A stretch of DNA of 64,000 nt from an uncultured Owenweeksia sp. (GTDB lineage Bacteria; Bacteroidota; Bacteroidia; Flavobacteriales; Schleiferiaceae), in assembly GCA_964504345.1 (NCBI GenBank), contig CAZDDX010000006.1:14754-78753 (forward strand), read 5' to 3'. The position numbers and the translations under genes were made by a program. Of this stretch, positions 1 to 8,717 are shown piece by piece. Below the pieces are notes generated by a model. That model searched no databases, was not told where the DNA came from, and saw nothing but the letters and a program-made list of their open reading frames with translations. Position 1 is the stretch's first letter. Each line of letters opens with the position of its first letter.

Positions 1-528
1 CAGGGGCACGTTCAGGTGTACCGGACCGCGGTGCTGGTGAGCGGCCGCCCAAGCCGCCGTCCAGCGCGCGGCGTTGCGCGCCAAAAGCGCTTGCTGCTCT
101 TCTGGAGGGGCGTTTGAATCGTCCTCTTCTAAGGTAAACTGCGCCACCACGTGGTCGCCAAAGATGCTTCCCTGCCGGATGCTTTGTCCCTGGCCTTGAT
201 CAATGTGTGCGGACGGTCGGTCTGCGGTCAAAACCACCAAAGGAAGTTCTCGGTAGAAGGCTTCCACCACCGCAGGAGCCAAGTTCAACGAGGCGGAGCC
301 GGACGTGCAGACCACCACCACGGGCTTTCCCTGAGCCTCCGCGGCACCCAACGCAAAGTGGGCCGCGGCGCGTTCGTCCAGCAAAACGGCATGGTGCGGG
401 AAGGCACAGCCGTGAAAGGCTTCCACGAGGGGAGCGTGCCGGGAGCCGGGGGACGAAATCCACGCGTCCACCCCTTCGGAACGAAGAAATCGGGCCAGAG
501 CCCAAGCGGACGGATGGAATGCGCTCAC
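1..528 (-). CDS. menD: SEPHCHC synthase MenD, N-terminal part; the gene continues past the window start
   Basis: Hand translation of the minus strand from GTG at 528 gives VSAFHPSAWALARFLRSEGVDAWISSPGSRHAPLVEAF...GKPVVVVCTSGSASLNLAPAVVEAFYRELPLVVLTADRP...GPVHLNVP, a typical ThDP-dependent MenD N-terminus. The frame stays open to position 1. The GTG overlaps the menF stop (GTGA). It is absent from the ORF track because it is partial. Confidence 0.85.
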   Translation of the reverse strand, partial: MSAFHPSAWALARFLRSEGVDAWISSPGSRHAPLVEAFHGCAFPHHAVLLDERAAAHFALGAAEAQGKPVVVVCTSGSASLNLAPAVVEAFYRELPLVVLTADRPSAHIDQGQGQSIRQGSIFGDHVVAQFTLEEDDSNAPPEEQQALLARNAARWTAAWAAAHQHRGPVHLNVPL

Positions 529-1535
529 CGCGCGAAGATAGCGCTGCGGAGGGTTTGGAGTTTGGCCTCGGTCTCCTCCCATTCCCGCTGCGGATCAGAC
601 TGCGCTGTGATGCCGCCTCCGGCGTAGAGGGCTACGGCTTGTGCCCCCACCTCCATGCACCGCAAGTTGACGTAAAAACGGGCCGTCGTTCCGGTGGACC
701 AGCCCATGTAGCCAGCGTACAAACCGCGCGGATAGCCTTCGTGGGCTTTTAAAAATGCGGAAGCGCGGGCGCGAGGCAAACCGCCCACGGCGGGCGTGGG
801 ATGCAACGATTGCGCTAAGGACCAACTGGACGCCTGCGGCGGCAACGTCCCTTCAATCCACGTACACAGGTGCTCCACAGGGCCTGCAGACCGAACATGG
901 GGACCGTCAACGGTTAAATCCGTGGCACCCAAGGCGCGGAGCATGTAGGCGATGTCTTGCGTCACCAAGTCTTGTTCTTCCTTTTCCTTAGCCCCCCAAT
1001 GGCCCAGTGCTCCGGCCGGACGCGTTCCCGCCAAACTCATGGTGCGGAGGTGGGAGCCGTCCCGATGCAGCAGCCATTCCGGCGAAGCGCCCATCCACGT
1101 AGTTTGTCCTTCGCGGTACAGCAAATAAACCATGGCCTCCGGATACCGATCGCACAAGGCGGCAAATGCATCGACGGAGTCGTACGCGCTTTCCGGGGTG
1201 TGCACCACGCGTCGGGAAGTGACCACCTTGGTCAGTGCTCCGTCCCGGCAGGCGTCCACGGCGCGCTGAACCAAAAATTTGTAAGAAGATTCGTCGTGGG
1301 AAGTACCGCCCTCCAACGGAGGCAATTCGCGGTGCGCCGATCGCGCCCGGGTCAGTGCTTCCACGCCCTCCACCCGTTGGCCCAAGGCATAAACAGCACC
1401 CGGACCGTTGAACGGATGAACATGGAATAGAGAACCACTGCCGTTTCCCTCTACCGCACCTGAAACGGGAGCCTCCAGCGGCGCACCCCACAGCGGTTGA
1501 CCGGGTTCCCGAAGCAAGACAAAGGAGGTTTTCAT
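525..1535 (-). CDS. menF: isochorismate synthase (chorismate-binding enzyme)
   Basis: 336-aa ORF. The C-terminal GLYAGYMGW...FYVNLRCM...ALYAGGGIT...SDPQREWEETEAK is the chorismate-binding signature. It sits between a hotdog thioesterase and menD. Confidence 0.85.
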   Translation of the reverse strand: MKTSFVLLREPGQPLWGAPLEAPVSGAVEGNGSGSLFHVHPFNGPGAVYALGQRVEGVEALTRARSAHRELPPLEGGTSHDESSYKFLVQRAVDACRDGALTKVVTSRRVVHTPESAYDSVDAFAALCDRYPEAMVYLLYREGQTTWMGASPEWLLHRDGSHLRTMSLAGTRPAGALGHWGAKEKEEQDLVTQDIAYMLRALGATDLTVDGPHVRSAGPVEHLCTWIEGTLPPQASSWSLAQSLHPTPAVGGLPRARASAFLKAHEGYPRGLYAGYMGWSTGTTARFYVNLRCMEVGAQAVALYAGGGITAQSDPQREWEETEAKLQTLRSAIFAR

Positions 1536-1561
1536 GGGGATGTAACGCGGTTCACTGCGGA

Positions 1562-1999
1562 TTACTTCGTCGGGTCCGATGCTGCCAGCTCCAAGATGGC
1601 ATTGGTCAGGGTTGCGGTGGACACCAGCCGGCCGTGTTCGTCTTCAATGCGGATTTCTACTACGTGCGAACGCTTGCCTTGGTGCAAAAAGCGCGCCGTG
1701 CCCCGCACCGTACCGTCTTTCACGCTGCGAACGTGGTGCGCTACCAGGGTCTGGCCCACCACGGCCTGGCGGTCCGGATGCGGCAAGGAAACAAAGGAAT
1801 ACGCGGAACCTAACGTTTCCGCCAAGGCGGCCGTAGCTCCTCCGTGCAAGAGCCCCATGGGCTGATGTACCTGCGGTCCAACCGGCATTTCCGCGTGCAA
1901 TCCGGCCTCGTCCAGGCCCGTGTAGCGAATGCCCAAGGTCTCCATGAGGGTCCCCGCGCGCCGTGCGTTCAGTAGTGCCAGTTTTTCTGGTTGCTCCAT
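1562..1999 (-). CDS. PaaI/hotdog-fold thioesterase, probable 1,4-dihydroxy-2-naphthoyl-CoA hydrolase
   Basis: The ORF contains MPVGPQVHQPMGLLHGGATAALAETLGS, the PaaI-type motif. It lies first in a men operon. I chose the internal ATG at 1999 (MEQPEKL) because a TATCTTTG -7 box sits at 2005-2012 inside the longer ORF. Confidence 0.75.
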   Translation of the reverse strand: MEQPEKLALLNARRAGTLMETLGIRYTGLDEAGLHAEMPVGPQVHQPMGLLHGGATAALAETLGSAYSFVSLPHPDRQAVVGQTLVAHHVRSVKDGTVRGTARFLHQGKRSHVVEIRIEDEHGRLVSTATLTNAILELAASDPTK

Positions 2000-2004
2000 G
2001 TCCG

Positions 2005-2012
2005 CAAAGATA
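2005..2012 (-). promoter_or_regulatory. -7 promoter box TATCTTTG for the thioesterase-menF-menD operon
   Basis: Exact match to the Bacteroidota sigma-A -7 consensus TAnnTTTG, 5 nt from ATG 1999. Confidence 0.5.
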
Positions 2013-2022
2013 ACCGATTCCG

Positions 2023-2030
2023 TACCTTTG
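2023..2030 (+). promoter_or_regulatory. -7 promoter box TACCTTTG for thrS
   Basis: TAnnTTTG match 37 nt upstream of thrS ATG 2068. Confidence 0.5.
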
Positions 2031-2067
2031 CCCCTTCGCAAACTTCCTTTGTACCGAAGCATTTTTT

Positions 2068-4002
2068 ATGATCCAAATTACCCTTCCCGACGGTGCCCAG
2101 CGCACGTACGAACCCGGAACTTCTGCTTTTCAAGTAGCGGAGAGCATTTCCCGGGGATTGTCCCAAAATGCGTTGTCTGCTCGTTGGAACGACCGCACGG
2201 TTGAATTGCACGACCCGTTGCCCGGCGACGGCACTTTGCGCTTCTTCACCTGGGAAGACGCAGAAGGCAAAGCCGCCTTCTGGCACTCGTCGGCCCACGT
2301 CATGGCCCAAGCCATTACGGACCTCTACCCCGCCGTACACCTGACCATTGGCCCGGCCATTGAAAGCGGATTTTACTACGATATTGACTTCCGCGGCATC
2401 CACTTTGGCGAGGCCGATTGGACCAACGTTGAAAAGCGTTTTCTGGAGCGCGCCCGCGAAAAGGCAACCTTTCAGATGCGTTCCGTCACCAAGCAACAAG
2501 CGCTTGAGACCTACGCCCACAATCCATTCAAAACGGAACTGATTGAGAACCTGGAGGACGGCACCATCACCTTTTGCGACCACAGCGACTTCACGGACCT
2601 GTGCCGCGGGGGCCACATCCCCAACACGGGCTTGATCAAGGCCTTTAAAGTTACCAAAATGTCCGGTGCCTACTGGCGCGGCTTAGAAACGAACCCGCAA
2701 CTCACCCGCGTCTACGGCATCTCGTTTCCCAAGGCTTCTATGCTGGAGGAGTACCTGCACTTGCTGGAGGAGGCCAAGAAACGGGACCACCGCAAACTGG
2801 GGAAGGAACTGGAGCTGTTTACCTTCTCCCAGCGCGTGGGTCAAGGCTTGCCGTTGTGGCTGCCCAAAGGTGCTGCCCTGCGCGAACGCCTGGAGCAGTT
2901 TTTGAAACGGGCACAAAAGAAAGCTGGCTACTTGCCGGTTATTACGCCGCACATTGGCAATAAGGAACTGTACGTGTGCTCCGGCCACTACGAGAAGTAC
3001 GGAAAAGATTCCTTCCAACCCATCCGCACGCCGGAAGAAGGGGAAGAGTACTTGTTGAAGCCGATGAATTGCCCGCACCACTGCGAAATTTTCAAGTCCC
3101 AACCGCGTTCCTACCGGGATCTGCCCCTGCGTTTGGCTGAATTTGGTACGGTGTACCGCTACGAACAATCCGGCGAATTGCACGGACTCACCCGCGTTCG
3201 CGGCTTCACCCAAGACGACGCCCACTTGTTTTGCACGCCGGACCAGCTTTTGGAAGAATTCCAAAAGGTAATCGACCTGGTTTTGTACATATTCAAAACC
3301 CTGGATTTCAAAGACTACAAAGCACAAGTTTCCCTCCGTCACCAAACCGACCGCTCCAAGTACATTGGAACGGAAGAGAATTGGGAAAAGGCAGAGAACG
3401 CAATCCTGCAAGCCGCACAAGAGAAGGGATTGCCCTTTGTGGTGGAATACGGCGAGGCCGCTTTTTACGGACCTAAGCTGGACTTCATGGTGAAAGATGC
3501 TTTGGGCCGACAGTGGCAGCTGGGCACCATTCAGGTAGACTACAACCTGCCGGAGCGGTTTGAGCTGGAATACAAAGGTTCCGACAACGAGATGCACCGT
3601 CCGGTCATGATCCACCGTGCTCCTTTTGGTTCCATGGAACGATTTGTGGCCGTTTTATTGGAGCACTGCGGAGGAAATTTCCCTCTTTGGCTGACGCCCG
3701 AACAAGTGGTGGTACTTCCGGTCTCTGAAAAGTACGAAGCTTACGCCCAACAAGTTGCACAAGAGCTAGAAAATGCCGATATTCGCGCCCTCGTTGATGA
3801 CCGCAATGAAAAGGTCGGACGGAAAATTCGCGACGCCGAAGTCCGAAAGATCCCGTTCATGGTGGTGGTTGGCGAGACCGAACAAGAAGCCGTCAACGTG
3901 GCCGTAAGACGCCACGGGCAGGGAGATTTAGGATCTATGAGTGTGCTGGAATTCAGCAACTTAATCAAGTCCGAAGTTGAAGAGCGACTGGCAGCTTTTT
4001 GA
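2068..4002 (+). CDS. thrS: threonine--tRNA ligase
   Basis: 644-aa ORF with a TGS domain N-terminus (MIQITLPDG), the editing-domain motif [10 protein letters not shown], and class II core motifs ([34 protein letters not shown]). Confidence 0.97.
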   Translation: MIQITLPDGAQRTYEPGTSAFQVAESISRGLSQNALSARWNDRTVELHDPLPGDGTLRFFTWEDAEGKAAFWHSSAHVMAQAITDLYPAVHLTIGPAIESGFYYDIDFRGIHFGEADWTNVEKRFLERAREKATFQMRSVTKQQALETYAHNPFKTELIENLEDGTITFCDHSDFTDLCRGGHIPNTGLIKAFKVTKMSGAYWRGLETNPQLTRVYGISFPKASMLEEYLHLLEEAKKRDHRKLGKELELFTFSQRVGQGLPLWLPKGAALRERLEQFLKRAQKKAGYLPVITPHIGNKELYVCSGHYEKYGKDSFQPIRTPEEGEEYLLKPMNCPHHCEIFKSQPRSYRDLPLRLAEFGTVYRYEQSGELHGLTRVRGFTQDDAHLFCTPDQLLEEFQKVIDLVLYIFKTLDFKDYKAQVSLRHQTDRSKYIGTEENWEKAENAILQAAQEKGLPFVVEYGEAAFYGPKLDFMVKDALGRQWQLGTIQVDYNLPERFELEYKGSDNEMHRPVMIHRAPFGSMERFVAVLLEHCGGNFPLWLTPEQVVVLPVSEKYEAYAQQVAQELENADIRALVDDRNEKVGRKIRDAEVRKIPFMVVVGETEQEAVNVAVRRHGQGDLGSMSVLEFSNLIKSEVEERLAAF

Positions 4003-4038
4003 TCAAAAACCTTTGTTTCATTTTAAAACCAACGTCCC

Positions 4039-4593
4039 CTGAGGCCCAATCGATCCAGAAACTACACCCCGCGCCGCGAACCGGAAGCGCTGCACAAAAT
4101 CAACGAATTAATCCGCGTTCCGGAGGTCCGTTTGGTTGGGGAGAACATTGAAGTGGGGGTTTACTCCACACGCGATGCACTGGCCAAAGCGCAAGCTTTG
4201 GAATTGGATTTGGTCATGATTACCGAAAAAGCCGATCCGCCCGTCTGCCGCATTGTGGACTACAAGAAGTTCTTGTACGACCAGAAGAAAAAGCAGAAGG
4301 AGATCGCCGCCAAAGCGGTAAAAGTGGTCATCAAGGAGATACGTTTTGGCCCCCAAACCGACGATCACGACTACGATTTTAAAAAGAAGCACGCCATCAA
4401 ATTCCTGGAAGACGGATTCAAGATCAAGGCCTATGTATTTTTCCGTGGCCGATCCATTGTGTACAAAGAACAAGGTGAAATATTGTTGTTGCGCTTGGCC
4501 CAAGATCTGGAACACCTCGGAAAGGTAGAAGCCCTTCCCCATTTGGAAGGCAAGCGGATGTTCATGATCATCCAACCCAAGAAGACGAAATAA
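4039..4593 (+). CDS. infC: translation initiation factor IF-3; non-canonical start, exact start uncertain
   Basis: The track ORF 4132..4593 begins at TTG. The same frame is open from 4027 and encodes [34 protein letters not shown], the conserved IF3 N-terminal segment (compare E. coli ARPNRINGEIRAQEVRL). The only near-cognate codon before it is CTG at 4039. Confidence 0.8.
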   Translation: MRPNRSRNYTPRREPEALHKINELIRVPEVRLVGENIEVGVYSTRDALAKAQALELDLVMITEKADPPVCRIVDYKKFLYDQKKKQKEIAAKAVKVVIKEIRFGPQTDDHDYDFKKKHAIKFLEDGFKIKAYVFFRGRSIVYKEQGEILLLRLAQDLEHLGKVEALPHLEGKRMFMIIQPKKTK

Positions 4594-4628
4594 TTACCCA
4601 AATAGCTGCGAACCCTAATACTTATCTC

Positions 4629-4823
4629 ATGCCCAAAATGAAGACCAAGTCCAGCGCCAAGAAGCGATTCAAGCTGACGGGAACTGGCCAGATCAAGCGC
4701 AAGCATGCCTTCAAGAGCCACATCTTGACCAAGAAGGCTACAGACCGCAAGCGCCGTCTGACGCACTCCACGTTGGTGAGCCCCGTGGACATGCCGAGTG
4801 TGAAAATGCAGTTGTGCATCTGA
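4629..4823 (+). CDS. rpmI: 50S ribosomal protein L35
   Basis: 64 aa beginning [33 protein letters not shown]. Confidence 0.95.
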   Translation: MPKMKTKSSAKKRFKLTGTGQIKRKHAFKSHILTKKATDRKRRLTHSTLVSPVDMPSVKMQLCI

Positions 4824-4922
4824 TCGTCGGAATAAAATCGAATTGTTCGGTACCCTTTAACCCTGTGCAAACGCCAACCCAAGTGTTCCTGGTGAACCGC
4901 GTTGCCAAAAAAGTGAATAGAA

Positions 4923-5267
4923 ATGCCTAGAAGTGTAAATCACGTAGCTTCCCGCGCCCGCCGGAAGCGCATTATGGAAATGGCCAAAGGTTACTACGGC
5001 CGCCGTAAAAATGTTTGGACGGTTGCTAAAAACGCCGTCGAGAAAGCCCTTGTTTATTCGTATCGCGACCGTCGTCAAAAGAAACGCAGCTTCCGCGCTT
5101 TGTGGATTCAGCGTATCAATGCCGGCGCACGCTTGCACGGTATGTCCTACAGTGTATTGATGGGCAAATTGCACGCCGCCAACATCGAATTGAACCGCAA
5201 GGTTCTGGCCGATTTGGCGATGAACCATCCGGAGGCTTTTACCGCCGTAATCAACAAGGTAAAGTAA
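4923..5267 (+). CDS. rplT: 50S ribosomal protein L20
   Basis: 114 aa beginning [30 protein letters not shown], in the infC-rpmI-rplT order. Confidence 0.95.
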   Translation: MPRSVNHVASRARRKRIMEMAKGYYGRRKNVWTVAKNAVEKALVYSYRDRRQKKRSFRALWIQRINAGARLHGMSYSVLMGKLHAANIELNRKVLADLAMNHPEAFTAVINKVK

Positions 5268-5290
5268 ATCAAAATGCGTTCGCAGCGCTG

Positions 5291-5319
5291 AAAAGCCGCC
5301 CGTTTGGGCGGCTTTTTTT
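5291..5319. terminator. bidirectional intrinsic terminator between rplT and the convergent ABC ATPase gene
   Basis: The sequence aaaaGCCGCCCgtttGGGCGGCttttttt has an 8-bp GC stem, a 4-nt loop, a T-run downstream and an A-run upstream. Confidence 0.75.
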
Positions 5320-5344
5320 ATTCCATACCACGGCGAAAAAATCC

Positions 5345-6274
5345 TTATTCCTCCAAACCATAAAGCTGACCGTGCGGCGTATTCCAGACCGTCCAGGTGC
5401 GGTCTCCTTGGAAATCTCGTCGAACCACGGTTTGGGGCGCACGAAAATGCGCCGAACGAAGTTGTTCCGGGTAGAAACATCGGACACCGTCCAAGTTCCA
5501 GCCAGGCAATGGGGAGTGCAAAAGTTCTTGGGCCGCCGCCTCAGGAAGTTCGTTCAATCGGCCAAACAGCCGTGCGACGGACCGCGTGGGCGGGTTGCCG
5601 TACAAATTTTGGGGCGTATCCGACGCCACCAGGCTTCCGTCCATCAGCACGTCAATTCGGTCTGCCCATTCCAGAGCGTCTCGGATGTCGTGCACAACCA
5701 CCACCACCGCCCGCTTGCTCTGTACCTGCCAAGCACGCAAATCATCCAGCAAGCCGCGTTTTGTGTCCGGATCCAAGTGACTGAAGGGCTCGTCCAGTAA
5801 CAAAACCTGCGGTTTGCTCGCCCAGGTCTGGGCCAGAGCCAAGCGCTGCACCTGTCCGCCGGACAATTGACCCGTGGGAACGTCTTCTAGGCCAGTGAGT
5901 CCTACCGAACGAAGCCATTGGGAGGTCCATCGGGCTTCTTGGGAGTCGGAGTCTGTATGTACGAAGTGAAGCAGGTTTTCCCGAACCTTGCGGAAGGGCA
6001 TTTGGCCAAAGTCTTGCCGCACCAAGCCGATGCCCGGATGCCCGGGCAAAAGAGCGTCCGCCTGCGGCGGGATGCGGCGGGAACGAAAACGCACCTCCCC
6101 CTGTTCCGGGGTGAGGTGCGCTCCTAAAATTTTCAAAAAAGTACTTTTGCCGGAACCGGAAGGGCCCACCAGCGCCACCACCTGGCCGGGGTGAAGTGTC
6201 CAGTGCCCGGCGGTCAGGACAAAACGTTCGCCGTAGGCGTGGACCAGGTCACGAACTTCCAGCAGCGGCCGCAC
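5345..6274 (-). CDS. ABC transporter ATP-binding protein with a C-terminal TOBE-like extension; no adjacent permease
   Basis: Walker A GPSGSGKST, signature LSGGQVQR, Walker B LLLDEPFSHLD. Confidence 0.85.
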   Translation of the reverse strand: MRPLLEVRDLVHAYGERFVLTAGHWTLHPGQVVALVGPSGSGKSTFLKILGAHLTPEQGEVRFRSRRIPPQADALLPGHPGIGLVRQDFGQMPFRKVRENLLHFVHTDSDSQEARWTSQWLRSVGLTGLEDVPTGQLSGGQVQRLALAQTWASKPQVLLLDEPFSHLDPDTKRGLLDDLRAWQVQSKRAVVVVVHDIRDALEWADRIDVLMDGSLVASDTPQNLYGNPPTRSVARLFGRLNELPEAAAQELLHSPLPGWNLDGVRCFYPEQLRSAHFRAPQTVVRRDFQGDRTWTVWNTPHGQLYGLEE

Positions 6275-6280
6275 GCCTGC

Positions 6281-7669
6281 TTACAGGTGAATCACCTCTC
6301 CGTAGGCGGCGGCGGTGGCCTCCATAACGGCCTCGCTCATGGTGGGGTGCGGGTGCACGGCCTTGAGGATTTCGTGTCCGGTGGTTTCCAATTTGCGGGC
6401 GGTAACGATTTCCGCAATCATCTCGGTTACGTTGGCCCCAATCATGTGGGCGCCCAACAGCTCGCCGTACTTGGCGTCGTAGATCACCTTCACAAAACCG
6501 TCTTTGGCTCCCGCAGCACTGGCTTTACCGCTGGCAGAGAACGGGAACTTGCCCACCTTGATGTCAAAACCGGCTTCTTTGGCTTTCTTTTCGGTGTATC
6601 CGACGCTGGCGATCTCTGGAGAGCAGTACGTGCAACCGGGAATGTTGTTGTAGTCCAGTGGCTCCGGATGGTGTCCGGCAATCTTCTCCACGCACGTAAT
6701 GCCTTCCGCAGAAGCTACGTGCGCCAAGGCCTGTCCTTTCACTACGTCGCCAATGGCAAAGTAGCCCGGAATGTTCGTGGCGTAGAAATTGTCGGTCACG
6801 ATCAGACCGCGTTCCGTTTTGATGCCCACGGCCTCCAGGCCAATGTTCTCAATGTTGGGGGTAACGCCCACGGCAGAAAGCACTACGTCGCACTCCAACT
6901 TGTGTTCGCCTTTAGCGTTCTTGTAGGTAACCACGCAACCCGCACCCTTGGTGTCCACGTGAGTCACCTCGGCGCCGGTTTCAATGGCGATGCCGTTCTT
7001 TTTGAAGGTGCGCTCCAGTTGCTGCGAAATGTCTTCGTCTTCGTTGGGCACAATGCGCGGCAGGTACTCCACCACGGTTACCTTGGTGCCCATGGCGTTG
7101 TACACGTAGGCAAACTCCACACCGATGGCGCCGGAACCCACAATGACCATGGACTTGGGCTGCTGGGGCAACGTCATGGCTTCGCGGTAGCCAATGATTT
7201 TAACGCCGTCCTGTTTCAAAGCTGGTAATTCGCGCGAACGCCCACCGGTGGCGATGATGATATTCTTGGCCGTGTAGGTGGTTTCCTTGCCGTCGTCGCC
7301 CTTGACCACTACTTTCTTGCCGGGCGCAACTTTACCGTAGCCGTTGAGGACGGTGATCTTGTTTTTGCCCATGAGGAATTGAACCCCTTTGCTCATTCCG
7401 CCGGCTACGTCGCGGCTGCGCTGGATGACTTTTCCAAAATCGTGCGATGCCTCCTTGACGTTGATGCCGTAGTCGGCGGCGTGCTGAATGTATTCAAATA
7501 CTTGGGCGCTTTTGATCAAGGCCTTGGTGGGAATGCACCCCCAGTTGAGGCAAACTCCGCCCAAGCTTTCTTTTTCCACAACGGCTGTTTTCAAGCCCAG
7601 TTGGCTGGCGCGAATGGCGGCTACGTAGCCCCCGGGGCCCGAACCAAGAACGATGAGATCAAATTCCAT
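6281..7669 (-). CDS. lpdA: dihydrolipoyl dehydrogenase
   Basis: 462 aa with GSGPGGYVAAIRA and the redox-active GGVCLNWGCIPTK motif. Confidence 0.95.
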   Translation of the reverse strand: MEFDLIVLGSGPGGYVAAIRASQLGLKTAVVEKESLGGVCLNWGCIPTKALIKSAQVFEYIQHAADYGINVKEASHDFGKVIQRSRDVAGGMSKGVQFLMGKNKITVLNGYGKVAPGKKVVVKGDDGKETTYTAKNIIIATGGRSRELPALKQDGVKIIGYREAMTLPQQPKSMVIVGSGAIGVEFAYVYNAMGTKVTVVEYLPRIVPNEDEDISQQLERTFKKNGIAIETGAEVTHVDTKGAGCVVTYKNAKGEHKLECDVVLSAVGVTPNIENIGLEAVGIKTERGLIVTDNFYATNIPGYFAIGDVVKGQALAHVASAEGITCVEKIAGHHPEPLDYNNIPGCTYCSPEIASVGYTEKKAKEAGFDIKVGKFPFSASGKASAAGAKDGFVKVIYDAKYGELLGAHMIGANVTEMIAEIVTARKLETTGHEILKAVHPHPTMSEAVMEATAAAYGEVIHL

Positions 7670-7713
7670 GGGTAGTTGATAAGGGGTGAATCAAAACCGA
7701 ACGGATCGGTGTT

Positions 7714-8103
7714 TTATGCTGGTAAAGGTACGGAAACTACGGCGGAAATTTCCACGCGCGCTCCGCGCGGGAGACCCGCTACGGCCACGGTTTCCCGTGC
7801 CGGGGGTTCTTCGGAAAAAACGGCGCCGTACAGTCTGTTGACGGTTGCAAAGTCTGCCATGTCCAGCAAGAAAATCGTGCATTTGAGCACGTCTTTTGGG
7901 GAGGCTCCGGCAGCGGCCATTACCGCTTGAAGGTTGGTCAAAACGCGCCGCACTTCCGCTTCCAAGTTGGCGTTGTCCATTTCACCGGTCTCCGGAATCA
8001 AGGCAATTTGCCCGGAAACATAAAGGGTTTGCCCCCATTGAACGGCTTGGGAATAAGGACCGATGGCCGCCGGCGCTTGGTCCGTGTGGTGCACTTTTTT
8101 CAT
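7714..8103 (-). CDS. ridA: RidA family reactive-intermediate deaminase
   Basis: 129 aa beginning MKKVHHTDQAPAAIGPYSQAV, a YjgF/RidA N-terminus. Confidence 0.9.
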   Translation of the reverse strand: MKKVHHTDQAPAAIGPYSQAVQWGQTLYVSGQIALIPETGEMDNANLEAEVRRVLTNLQAVMAAAGASPKDVLKCTIFLLDMADFATVNRLYGAVFSEEPPARETVAVAGLPRGARVEISAVVSVPLPA

Positions 8104-8141
8104 GAATACGAAGGTACTTCACCGCGGAGTACCTTCGCAGC

Positions 8142-8717
8142 ATGCTCTTGGTTCTGGACAACTACGACTCGTTTACGTACAATTTGGTTGACGCCCTGCG
8201 GGAGGTGAATCCGGATTGGCGAGTGGTGCGGAACGACGAACCCACGGCCCTGGCGTGTGTGGCACAAGCGCATGCCTTAGTGCTCTCGCCCGGCCCCGGA
8301 TTGCCGGAAACTTCTGGGGTGTTGCTGGAGGCCATCCGCTGGGCGGACGGGCGCATCCCGGTTCTGGGCATTTGTTTGGGCATGCAGGCCTTGGCCGTAG
8401 CCAATGGAGGAACGCTGCGCCGGTTGGAGACCCCGCGGCACGGCATCCCTGGGGCCGTAGACCGAATGCTCCCCCATGCGCCCCTGCCCGCGCACGCTTT
8501 GCACGCACCGCTAGGGCTCTACCACAGCTGGGCGGTGGAACGCTTGCCGGAGGAGAGTCCGTGGGAGCTGTCGGCTTGGGACGCATCCGGAGTGCCCCTG
8601 GCGATGCACCGTCGGGACGGAAAGGGAATTGCCGTGCAATTTCACCCGGAAAGTATTCTTACTCCTTGGGGCCGGGAATGGCTGCAGGACTGGGCCCGCG
8701 CCCAAAATCAACGTTAA
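8142..8717 (+). CDS. pabA: anthranilate/aminodeoxychorismate synthase component II (glutamine amidotransferase)
   Basis: 191 aa with MLLVLDNYDSFTYNL, the catalytic GICLGMQ, and FHPESILT. Confidence 0.85.
   Translation: MLLVLDNYDSFTYNLVDALREVNPDWRVVRNDEPTALACVAQAHALVLSPGPGLPETSGVLLEAIRWADGRIPVLGICLGMQALAVANGGTLRRLETPRHGIPGAVDRMLPHAPLPAHALHAPLGLYHSWAVERLPEESPWELSAWDASGVPLAMHRRDGKGIAVQFHPESILTPWGREWLQDWARAQNQR

Noticed and set aside
151-752. Plus- and minus-strand ORFs 151..627, 200..505 and 207..752.
   Set aside because: They overlap the hand-translated menD frame, which shows clear MenD motifs.
6191-7228. 345-aa ORF on the plus strand.
   Set aside because: It lies entirely antisense to the well-supported lpdA gene. 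Its composition is low-complexity and Gly/Val/His-rich, typical of shadow ORFs in GC-rich DNA.
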